A DNA stretch of 64,000 nt from Coprobacter sp. (GTDB lineage: Bacteria > Bacteroidota > Bacteroidia > Bacteroidales > UBA11471). This document shows positions 26,965 through 35,280 of this stretch, one piece after another. The position numbers were made by a program, and so were the translations under genes. Within the stretch, counting starts at the first letter, position 1. The number at the start of each line of letters is the position of its first letter. The stretch spans positions 12,068 to 76,067 of the forward strand of contig JAFTRN010000054.1 in assembly GCA_017462265.1 (NCBI GenBank), written 5' to 3'. Below the pieces are notes generated by a model that saw only the letters and a list, made by a program, of their open reading frames with translations, did not search any database and was not told the DNA's origin.

Positions 26965-27885
26965 TTATTTTGTCAATCGGCCTTCTTTTTTTAACAATGT
27001 AATGACCGCATCGAGAACTCCATTAATGAAATTCCCACTCTTGGGTGTACTATAGGTCTTGGCTATCTCTATATATTCGTTGAGCGACACTTGCAACGGA
27101 ATCGATGGGAATGTCATAATCTCGGCCATAGCCACAATCATTATCACGATGTCCATAAAAGCGATACGCTCTATTTCCCAATTTTTTATAAACTGCTCTA
27201 TCAGTTTCTTGTACTCCTCACTATTGTCTATCGAGCAACGCAACAATCGGGTAGCGAAATCCTTGTCGTCATTATCCTTGAACATCGGTAATAACTCCTG
27301 CGCAGTACCGGCCGCTTCGTCAAATCGTTTGACTGTCTTGAGCACAAATGTAGCAATAATGGGCACATCATCGTTCCAATACATACTTTGAGCCTCTAAC
27401 ATCTCGGCCAGTCGCTCATCGGTAAAAATATATTGCTTATATACATTTTTCCAGAACGAACGATCGTTTTCATACGAGTCTTCGGCCTCCAAATATTGAG
27501 CGTAAAGCTCCGAGCCCAATATGGTATCGAGCAACGTACGTAAATAATTGGAATCGTCGCTCCACACCAACGGTCGTTCTTCTATATATTTGAGGAACGC
27601 TTCGTTAGCCTCCAATTGGGCCACAAACCTATTATCTATCAGCCTCGTGTTGGGCGATTTCTCGGCTTCTGTTGCCAGAATTTTATTACGAGCCGCATCT
27701 ATACGCAGATTGTGCAAGCGCGTCAATTCCACAGGTATCAACAACAACAGATGGTACAATTCATACGATTTTTCCAAACTTGCGAAAAGTTCTTTTTCTG
27801 CCAAGTTCAAGCCTTTCTCCCTATCTATCAGATAAGAATAGAGTATTTGCACGACTTTGGTGCGTATCAAAATACGGTTGACCAT
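26965..27885 (-). CDS. nusB: transcription antitermination factor NusB (long Bacteroidota form)
   Basis: 306 aa. The N-terminus is RTKVVQILY, and the C-terminus is ERIAFMDIVIMIVAMAEIMTF...VSLNEYIEIAKTYSTPKSGNFINGVLD. Confidence 0.85.
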   Translation of the reverse strand: MVNRILIRTKVVQILYSYLIDREKGLNLAEKELFASLEKSYELYHLLLLIPVELTRLHNLRIDAARNKILATEAEKSPNTRLIDNRFVAQLEANEAFLKYIEERPLVWSDDSNYLRTLLDTILGSELYAQYLEAEDSYENDRSFWKNVYKQYIFTDERLAEMLEAQSMYWNDDVPIIATFVLKTVKRFDEAAGTAQELLPMFKDNDDKDFATRLLRCSIDNSEEYKKLIEQFIKNWEIERIAFMDIVIMIVAMAEIMTFPSIPLQVSLNEYIEIAKTYSTPKSGNFINGVLDAVITLLKKEGRLTK

Positions 27886-28110
27886 TTTCTCATCATTATT
27901 TTTCGGCCGTAAAGGTACAATTTTTTATGAGATTTCCGATAAGAAGCCATTTCGAATTTTCCTAAAAAGTAAACGAAGACTTCTCTTATTGAGTATGCCT
28001 CCACCCTACAAGTAGTTGCAAATAAATATAAGTAACTATATATGTACGTATAGGATTTCTATCGTATTATATAGACTATTGACGAGGAAATGCGAAATTT
28101 AGCACAAAAA

Positions 28111-28956
28111 TCAAATAGAAATATACCCTTCTTGGTCATAGGATTTTCGGTAATGATGTATGAGGTCTATTAGTTGTTGTAATTCGTGCTCATCAGACTT
28201 GATAGACTTAAAACGAGAATATTGTTCATCATATCTTTTTGTGGAACCTGATTTCAGTCGAGTTGCAATATCGGCAGGTATGAGAAACGATGAGCGACTG
28301 TCGGTCAAATAGTTCTGAAACTCAGAAAGGAATATATGTATCCCAGCTAAATCGAAATCGCCAAAATGGAGATAATGATTGGATATGGAACACAACCATC
28401 TTCTCAAATCTGAAGATTGGGGATAGCGCGATACAAAGAGCGCTTTCTCTGGCAATCCGTGCGCATGAAGATATTCCTCAAAAAATAATCTTTGTTTACG
28501 AATCATTCTGAAGTTTTCCATATTCTCTACCCCTATGATAGTTACATCTCGGGGGATTGTGAATTTTTCCCAATCTACGACAAAAAAGAAGCAGCCTTCT
28601 TGCGGGATAACCATAAATGGCAATCCATTGAGACGACACGCTATTGGTTCGTAGCTATTTATAGGAAATCCCGGACATGAACGTACCATCACAAGCTTAG
28701 AATTTCCGGATTCTACCGCCATGGAGGCACGAGAATTTGGAGCATCAACATCAAGTATACGATAGCTCTCGTCTTTATCTATCAGAAATCTTTTCAAGGC
28801 CTCTGTATCTCGAGCACGATATGATTTTCTTGAGCCTCGAATCGTGACTAATAACAAACCTTCAGCCAATAGTTCGTCAAGTATCTTAGTACTCATTCTG
28901 GAGCCGGCGACTGGCTCGCCCGCTATTAATGCTTGTAGAGATGTACTCAGGGCCAT
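28111..28956 (-). CDS. Toprim-motif protein, short JetD/MksG-like candidate nuclease (operon gene 4)
   Basis: 281 aa. Contains TIIGVENMENF (Glu144) and YLHFGDFDLAGIHIF (Asp200-x-Asp202), spaced as in the Toprim/DUF2220 domain of Wadjet JetD. The N-terminal ~130 aa look wHTH-like (ILDELLAEGLLLVTIRGSRKSYRA). The start lies 9 nt after the stop of the SMC-like gene. Confidence 0.6.
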   Translation of the reverse strand: MALSTSLQALIAGEPVAGSRMSTKILDELLAEGLLLVTIRGSRKSYRARDTEALKRFLIDKDESYRILDVDAPNSRASMAVESGNSKLVMVRSCPGFPINSYEPIACRLNGLPFMVIPQEGCFFFVVDWEKFTIPRDVTIIGVENMENFRMIRKQRLFFEEYLHAHGLPEKALFVSRYPQSSDLRRWLCSISNHYLHFGDFDLAGIHIFLSEFQNYLTDSRSSFLIPADIATRLKSGSTKRYDEQYSRFKSIKSDEHELQQLIDLIHHYRKSYDQEGYISI

Positions 28957-28965
28957 AAGATCGGA

Positions 28966-31900
28966 TTATTTTGTTCGCTTTAATAATTTATCTACCCTTG
29001 TCTTCACACCATGTTTGCTCAACATATAGGTATAGCGGTAATCATAGGGATTATACGAAGTAGGAGAGCTGTTGATAAGATAGATATTTCGTGAATTGGC
29101 AAACTGTAGAATACCCTTGATATTATTAGGGTGCAGGCGACCTATCTCGTCCATCATGCAATGTACAATGAAATCTCCACTCTTTCGGGCTGCCTTTTTC
29201 TTGAAAACATTGATAAGCATGATATTGACCATCGCTTTTACCAAAATATCCGTACCATCGGAGCCGACGTTGTTGATACGTTCTACCCAATTCGTATCAT
29301 TATCATTTTCCTTCACACGGAATTGTAAACGGAATGCGTCACCTAACGATACCGTGGAACGACCGGGCTCGTTTTGCAGCTGATGCGACAAGCTCTTGAG
29401 ATACTCCACGACTTTACGATTCACCTCATCGCGATTATTACTTGAGAATAAGTTGAGTTCTCCTATTGAAAGGGCATTTTCTATGGTATAATTATGAATA
29501 GACATGAGCAACTGCATGAGTTTATCCGACGATTCGCCAGCACGGAGCTCGATACTCTTGATAACACCGGCAAAATTCTTCTCTACAAAATCGCGATTAA
29601 TGTCGAGAATTACCCCGTCAACGTCCGAACGGCGCTTCATCAACACACCTATTTCGGTGGAGATTCGTCCCAAAATATCCTTGTAATGCTCGCTGGTACG
29701 CCTACGAAATTCCTCTATTTTGTTATTATCCATGAAGTCTTGCAGGTCGATAGCAATCTGCAAGAAATCATTGTCTGTTACAGGTATAGTATTAAAATGA
29801 AATGCATTCTGAGGTTTGAAATTGCGATTGAAAGCTACAACCATATCTTTCAATCGATTAATCGCCTCTCTTTTCTGATTCACCGTTCCCCGTAACAGGG
29901 TTAATAGCTGTTGACAATCTTGCTGACTCGCAAGTCTCTTATCGTCGGCAAGGAAGGAGTCGGGCACCAAGTGCTCGTTCTCCACCATCTGTCGGTAAAG
30001 GATCAGTCCATCACGCCGATGTATCAGTTCCTTGGTAATAATTTTAAAACGATCTTCCTGTTCCTTGCGTTTTTTCTCAATGCGTAAGCGTTTATCGTCA
30101 TAGCGTTGTCGTATCATTGATAGATGTTGCTCTATGTCCTTAATACCCTTTTTTATCTCCGGTTCTTTAGCAAAAAGATTTTGCTGTGCATCACGATACC
30201 GTATTACCGTAGGTCTATCTTCAGTTATCTGATTCAATAGATTATTGAGTATATCCAGGGCTTTGCGATATTGGGCCAATAGATTTATATCTACCCCTCT
30301 ACCGGCAAGTTCGGCTTTCTGTTGTTCATCGAGTTTAGAGCATTGAGCCTCGAATTCCTGTTTACGTACAGCCGCTTCGGCGTATTGCGTTTCCTTGAAT
30401 ATACGTAATTCCTCATCGAATGCTTTTGAGGCCTTATTGAAGGTGGTATCGCACTCTTTCAGTTCCTTTTTATACTTCGTTTCATATTTTTCACGAGTAT
30501 CTTTTTCGGCTTGTACTTTCAACACAGCTTCGTTGAAGACCCATTCGCGAGTTTCTTTCTCTTTTGCAACGAGCTCTTGCTCTTCCATTTGCAATCGATG
30601 TTGTTGATTTTGCAGATTTTGACGTTTGACGGGCAACTGTTCTTCCGCAACTCGTAATGTCGTAGCTTTTTGACGGAGGCTATTTATTTGCGGAATGTAC
30701 CTCTTCCTCAGTTTAAGAATATCGTCTTGAAGTTTGGCTTCCTCTTGTGATAGTCGTCCATTCAGTTTCCGTAGTTGCTCTTCTAAATTCGCCTTTTCGG
30801 ATCTAAGTTCATCGGGCGTACGATGCTTTGTGGTAATATTGTCCAAATTTAACTTCACGCCAAACAAATTATTTCCAATTGCATCTAATTGAGGTTCGAG
30901 CCCTTGAGCATAAAGTATTCTCTCTTCATCAACTACTTTTCCGATAGACTCCTCCCACCGCTCTTTATTCTCACAAAGCCATTTATAAAGCGAACCCTCT
31001 AAATGTGAAAGTAATTCGTTTATTTTGATGATTTGCTCGTTACAATGTGTTCGCTCGAGCATAACAAGCTCTTGCTCTCGTTGAGCCGTCTGTTTCAGTT
31101 CGGTCTCTTTCAGCTCATACTCATTCGTTAGTTGGGTAATTTGGCTTTTTATGGCTGTTTGTCGGGCGATATATTCTTTCTCATATAGGTTTAGCAGCTG
31201 TAATTCTTCTGCCACGTGTTTCATTTCATCGGACATAGGGTGCCATTGACGAAGCTCTTTCAAGGCACTATCGGCCCTATGCTGCTCAGCCAACAACATT
31301 TGCAAGCGGTCATCAGACTCGTGCCTCCATGTATTAAATACCTCCATCGCTTGATTTCTATTCTTGGTGCGCGTGTCCTCCAAACGCCTACGTTCTACCT
31401 GTATAGAAGCTTGCCTCTGATAGTATGCCTCTTTTTGAGCATTATCAAATGCCCGAAGAGCATTCTCTAATTTTCCTCTGGCGATATTGTATTTTTCCTC
31501 TATCGAAGCATGGGTTTTCAAAAGGTCGTCTAATAAAGACTGATTATCGGATACTTCCTGCCGTATGGCCTCTTCACGAGATGCAAGTGCGAGTTTTTCG
31601 TCGATATTCATCGACTCAAACTCCTTACGAGCCTGTGCTATCTCAGCCAGCTTTATTTTTTTACCACCAAGATCTTGATTAAGTGCATCTTTTTCCTTAT
31701 CATATCCTGCCGTAAGTTCTTTCTCGCGGTTACGTTCCTTGTCGATGTTTGCTCGTATCTCTATAGTTTCCGCCTCTAAAAGTGGTATTTTCTGTTCGCT
31801 CTCTGCCACCACATAATTTAATTTACGCCACACCTCCTGTAATTGCTGATCAAGTGCAACGATTCGGCGGCCCTGCTCTGCAATCTTCATGGCTTGTTGA

Positions 31901-32616
31901 GGTATCGGGCAATTGCCATCACGTGTTTTACGAAACCAGCAATCTATCTCGTCATACTCCCGTTCAAAGTCAATAACCAGTCTCCGATAGGTCTGCAAAT
32001 CAATCGGAAAATCCTCATCGGCCATAGATTGTATGATGGTATTCTTTACAAAATCAGCATCAAGTTTCGTATTCAAAAACACATTCTGAATACTCCTTGG
32101 AATATTTTGATAATGCACACTATTTACCAGTGCATAACGGGTGTATTTGTGGTCATGAGTATTACCGAAAATAATATCCCTAAACATTATTCCCGAATCT
32201 ATTCTTGCAGAAACCGCGACATTCTTATCTATCCGCTCACGTATCTTCACCCAATCGCTCAATACCTGCTTATCTTCTCCTATACACCACTCGCGTCGAT
32301 ATGGCGCATCAATGAACCGCCACGAGGCACGACCTTGGTATCGGCTTACCAATATGGTATATGCCCCATTATCGCGCATCACCTCATATAGAATATACGA
32401 GTTTGATTGACGAAAATAGAATTCATCAAACGGCTTTTGTCCTTGTTGAATTCCCAGACGATGTTTATCGGCATTATAGAAAAACAATAACGCTCTCAAC
32501 ACCGTACTTTTACCCACACCTTGTGTCCCGGTAAAATGCACATTACCATCGACAGAAATCTCTGCGTATGGAATATTGGCACTATTTATAAATATGATTT
32601 TATTCAGGTACTTCAT
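28966..32616 (-). CDS. SMC/MukB/JetC-like coiled-coil ABC-type ATPase (operon gene 3)
   Basis: 1216 aa. Walker A is FTGTQGVGKSTVL (K36). Residues ~230-900 are E/K/Q/L-rich coiled-coil-like sequence. The C-terminal head has GSDGTDILVKAM (degenerate signature) and Walker B FIVHCMMDEIGRL (D1156/E1157). Confidence 0.7.
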   Translation of the reverse strand: MKYLNKIIFINSANIPYAEISVDGNVHFTGTQGVGKSTVLRALLFFYNADKHRLGIQQGQKPFDEFYFRQSNSYILYEVMRDNGAYTILVSRYQGRASWRFIDAPYRREWCIGEDKQVLSDWVKIRERIDKNVAVSARIDSGIMFRDIIFGNTHDHKYTRYALVNSVHYQNIPRSIQNVFLNTKLDADFVKNTIIQSMADEDFPIDLQTYRRLVIDFEREYDEIDCWFRKTRDGNCPIPQQAMKIAEQGRRIVALDQQLQEVWRKLNYVVAESEQKIPLLEAETIEIRANIDKERNREKELTAGYDKEKDALNQDLGGKKIKLAEIAQARKEFESMNIDEKLALASREEAIRQEVSDNQSLLDDLLKTHASIEEKYNIARGKLENALRAFDNAQKEAYYQRQASIQVERRRLEDTRTKNRNQAMEVFNTWRHESDDRLQMLLAEQHRADSALKELRQWHPMSDEMKHVAEELQLLNLYEKEYIARQTAIKSQITQLTNEYELKETELKQTAQREQELVMLERTHCNEQIIKINELLSHLEGSLYKWLCENKERWEESIGKVVDEERILYAQGLEPQLDAIGNNLFGVKLNLDNITTKHRTPDELRSEKANLEEQLRKLNGRLSQEEAKLQDDILKLRKRYIPQINSLRQKATTLRVAEEQLPVKRQNLQNQQHRLQMEEQELVAKEKETREWVFNEAVLKVQAEKDTREKYETKYKKELKECDTTFNKASKAFDEELRIFKETQYAEAAVRKQEFEAQCSKLDEQQKAELAGRGVDINLLAQYRKALDILNNLLNQITEDRPTVIRYRDAQQNLFAKEPEIKKGIKDIEQHLSMIRQRYDDKRLRIEKKRKEQEDRFKIITKELIHRRDGLILYRQMVENEHLVPDSFLADDKRLASQQDCQQLLTLLRGTVNQKREAINRLKDMVVAFNRNFKPQNAFHFNTIPVTDNDFLQIAIDLQDFMDNNKIEEFRRRTSEHYKDILGRISTEIGVLMKRRSDVDGVILDINRDFVEKNFAGVIKSIELRAGESSDKLMQLLMSIHNYTIENALSIGELNLFSSNNRDEVNRKVVEYLKSLSHQLQNEPGRSTVSLGDAFRLQFRVKENDNDTNWVERINNVGSDGTDILVKAMVNIMLINVFKKKAARKSGDFIVHCMMDEIGRLHPNNIKGILQFANSRNIYLINSSPTSYNPYDYRYTYMLSKHGVKTRVDKLLKRTK

Positions 32617-33157
32617 CTTCGTTGGCTATTTGAATTATATCGACCAATTCTTCGGCATAGCGAAATGCCGATGTAACTTTATATGTCTCGTCTTGCTCAC
32701 TAATACACTCAGCAAAGCCCATATTCTGCATCTCTTGAAGTAATTTGCCGACGATTTCAATATTAGAATCTCCGCCATATTTTTTGAACAGATGTCCAGC
32801 TTTCTCTTTCAATTCGATATCGAGACTGATTTGCTCTATCAAGTGACTTTTACGAAATTGATATCCGGCTGTAAACGATTGATTATAACATTTCAGGAAA
32901 TCGAGATAGTCGAGCCATTTTGCAAAACTTTCTAATTTCTGCTCCATAGATTGCTTACTCTCACCTATTCGGGAGAAATAGAAATAGCCATTGCCACACT
33001 CTAATTGCAAACCGATTTCTTTGAAATAATCGGTATAATCCTCCACATTTTCCTCTATATCTTCATACAAATGTTTAATAGCTGTGTCGGCACTATCCAC
33101 CGAAAGAAATTCTCCTCGGCTCAATCGTTCGTATATTCTTTGAGTATTATTTCGCAT
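32600..33157 (-). CDS. small acidic MksE/JetB-like subunit candidate (operon gene 2)
   Basis: 185 aa. IYERLSRGEFLSVDSADTAIKHLYEDIEENVEDYTDYFKEIGLQLECGNGYFYF and the C-terminal LLQEMQNMGFAECISEQDETYKVTSAFRY resemble the two winged-helix halves of MksE/MukE-type proteins. Overlaps gene 1 by 11 nt and gene 3 by 17 nt. Confidence 0.45.
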   Translation of the reverse strand: MRNNTQRIYERLSRGEFLSVDSADTAIKHLYEDIEENVEDYTDYFKEIGLQLECGNGYFYFSRIGESKQSMEQKLESFAKWLDYLDFLKCYNQSFTAGYQFRKSHLIEQISLDIELKEKAGHLFKKYGGDSNIEIVGKLLQEMQNMGFAECISEQDETYKVTSAFRYAEELVDIIQIANEDEVPE

Positions 33158-34346
33158 AGATTATCGGGTATTCAATATCGTGATATATTGCATAGTCTTT
33201 TGTTATTCGACATTCGTCGGGGTGTAAAACGATCAATTGGCAGAACAGCGCCGCATGATCTTCAATATTACGCTTCATCTTATAATCGTAAGTCAGGATA
33301 AAATCAAACAGGTTATAACTTGAGGCCAAAAACGCATTCCACACTTCCGTCGAATCGACCTCTCTCATTTGTTGTATATGCGCTTGTAGGTCTTCGTCTG
33401 TCAATGGATCGGCCTCAGCCCTTGTGCTTTTTTGTATTCCATTGCGTTCAGCTATTCGCCTCAGCAGTTTTACTACATCATCTTTTTCGTGCAACATTTC
33501 TAGGGAGAGGCGAATCTTGCTATATTGACGAGATTCCATCCATAAAGGATTATTATCTTCCAATACTTGCCCCACATTAGTTTCGGTCTTAAGAAGTAAT
33601 TGTTCTTGTAGATATTTCAGTTTTCTTATCTTCTTATAAAGTCTATTCTGCTGATCAATCTGATTGATATAGACTATAATTTGCCGGTCAATCTCCATTA
33701 ACGCATGATATGCCTCTACAAAATCATGCTTCACATCACTACAGGTTTTAGCCATATGAGGGTCATTGGCCATGATGAAGAATGCATGTTCATTATCCAT
33801 CAATTTTTCACATTCACGTATCATAGATCGGATACTATGACTCTTTTCATCGAGATTCTGTAGTTTCTTCTTTTTTATGACGTAATTTGGTTCCTGCTTA
33901 TAGGCATTGTCCATATTACGTTTCAGGTCCACTACATTTTTCAATGTTCTGAACCCGGTCTTTTTCAAGAGCTGACGCACGCTATCTTGATATCCTGCCC
34001 GACGATTAGCATTCGTTTCTTGTAGAAAATATCCAATATACTCCTTCAAGGTATTGATACATTCTTGTACACTCAGTACACTAATCTCCTCATTGACATT
34101 CAGCACCTCCTCGAAAAAATTCAAGTAGTCGCTTTCAATCTCAATGGTACTACCGGACTCTACCAACACGCCATAATCAATCAACTTTCTCAGTCTTGAC
34201 TCATTGTCACCCACAAGATCCAACGCAAGCCCAAGAGGAAACTTCATAAGTTTTCGCTTCTCAAACATCTCACTTAGCAAACCTTGCTCACGAGAGAGTG
34301 TTTTGGTCAGTTCTTCGATACTTCTAAAATGCGTAAGGACGTCCAT
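33147..34346 (-). CDS. helical kleisin-sized protein, JetA/MksF-like candidate (operon gene 1)
   Basis: 399 aa. The N-terminal wHTH-like segment is LRKLIDYGVLVESGSTIEIES, and the middle is long and helical. The assignment rests mainly on position (first gene, before the MksE-like and SMC-like genes). I recognise no catalytic motif. Confidence 0.4.
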   Translation of the reverse strand: MDVLTHFRSIEELTKTLSREQGLLSEMFEKRKLMKFPLGLALDLVGDNESRLRKLIDYGVLVESGSTIEIESDYLNFFEEVLNVNEEISVLSVQECINTLKEYIGYFLQETNANRRAGYQDSVRQLLKKTGFRTLKNVVDLKRNMDNAYKQEPNYVIKKKKLQNLDEKSHSIRSMIRECEKLMDNEHAFFIMANDPHMAKTCSDVKHDFVEAYHALMEIDRQIIVYINQIDQQNRLYKKIRKLKYLQEQLLLKTETNVGQVLEDNNPLWMESRQYSKIRLSLEMLHEKDDVVKLLRRIAERNGIQKSTRAEADPLTDEDLQAHIQQMREVDSTEVWNAFLASSYNLFDFILTYDYKMKRNIEDHAALFCQLIVLHPDECRITKDYAIYHDIEYPIIYAK

Positions 34347-34734
34347 ATATTCCGAAACACTGAATGGATACTACACTTTTCAATTTTGTATTCGCATACA
34401 ATATTACTATTTTTTATTCAACCAAATAATATATACTGCACAAAAATTGTGTTTTTTATACAATTAATGTGTAAAAAGACGTCTATTCGTCCTATATTAG
34501 AAGCTGTATTGAATAACGTCTTGATTGTATTTTGCTTTTTACGAGGATTGTTTTCTTACATTTTCTCGAATTGGAAGTATTTTTCACACAATAGATTATA
34601 ATCTATTATTGATCATTTAGAAAATTTTAGCATAAAAAGTCTTGTTTACCTAAAATTTTATAGTTTAATTTGCATTAATTTAATAAAAAGAGGGAATTCT
34701 TTTTATCAAGTATCATATTTTAGCCCAATAACAG

Positions 34735-35004
34735 ATGCCAAACGAAAAAGACATTATCTATACCAAGTGTATTAAATCAGGACGCCGAATTTACTATTTA
34801 GACGTGAAAAAGGACAACCGCGATGAGTTATTTCTGGTTGTTACCGAAAGTAAACGTATTACCGACGACAACGCTGCCGCAATATCATTCGAGAAACATA
34901 AGATATTTCTATACCCCAAAGATTTCGATGCTTTCGTAGATGCACTGAACGAGACCTTGAAGTTCATACAAGAAAATAATACCCCAACTGAAGATAGTAT
35001 GTAA
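34735..35004 (+). CDS. DUF3276 (PUR-alpha-like) nucleic-acid-binding protein
   Basis: 89 aa. IYTKCIKSGRRIYYLDVKKDNRDELFLVVTESKR...FEKHKIFLYPKDFDAFVDAL matches the conserved Bacteroidota DUF3276 pattern. Confidence 0.7.
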   Translation: MPNEKDIIYTKCIKSGRRIYYLDVKKDNRDELFLVVTESKRITDDNAAAISFEKHKIFLYPKDFDAFVDALNETLKFIQENNTPTEDSM

Positions 35005-35232
35005 AAAGAAAGCCCGACTCTCACGAGCAGACTTCCTTCATAGAAATATATCAAAAACAAGAAAGAGGATAACTTATTCTTCCCAGAAGAAGGATAAATA
35101 CCAATGAAACACACAAAAACGAGAATATTTTCTACAAATACCGTCCCGGCTCTTCCGGAACGTTTCATTCATAAAACCATTTTATCGAAATATTGTTCAC
35201 GAAAATTCTCTTTTTTGTAATGAAGAAAATTG

Positions 35233-35240
35233 TATCTTTG
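35233..35240 (+). promoter_or_regulatory. -7 promoter motif TATCTTTG upstream of the formate/nitrite transporter
   Basis: Exact TAnnTTTG match 41 nt upstream of the ATG at 35281. Confidence 0.45.
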
Positions 35241-35280
35241 TAGCAAACAATAATCATTGTAAATAAGATACAACCTTACT

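Noticed and set aside
29096-32391. Plus-strand ORFs of 60-182 aa antisense to the SMC-like gene, for example 31843-32391 and 29494-29895.
   Set aside because: Long antisense ORFs arise by chance in AT-rich coiled-coil-coding DNA. The translations are I/L/F/Y-rich and low complexity, with no start context or promoter motif.
34284-34601. ORFs of 87-105 aa in the AT-rich spacer upstream of the four-gene operon.
   Set aside because: They are plus-strand ORFs with extremely I/F/L/Y-rich translations produced by AT-rich non-coding DNA. One overlaps the start of operon gene 1.
27886-34734. Integrase, transposase, a tRNA attachment site or flanking direct repeats that would define a mobile island around the SMC-like operon.
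   Set aside because: None could be found by eye at either boundary, so I describe the block only as AT-rich and accessory-looking, not as a mobile element.
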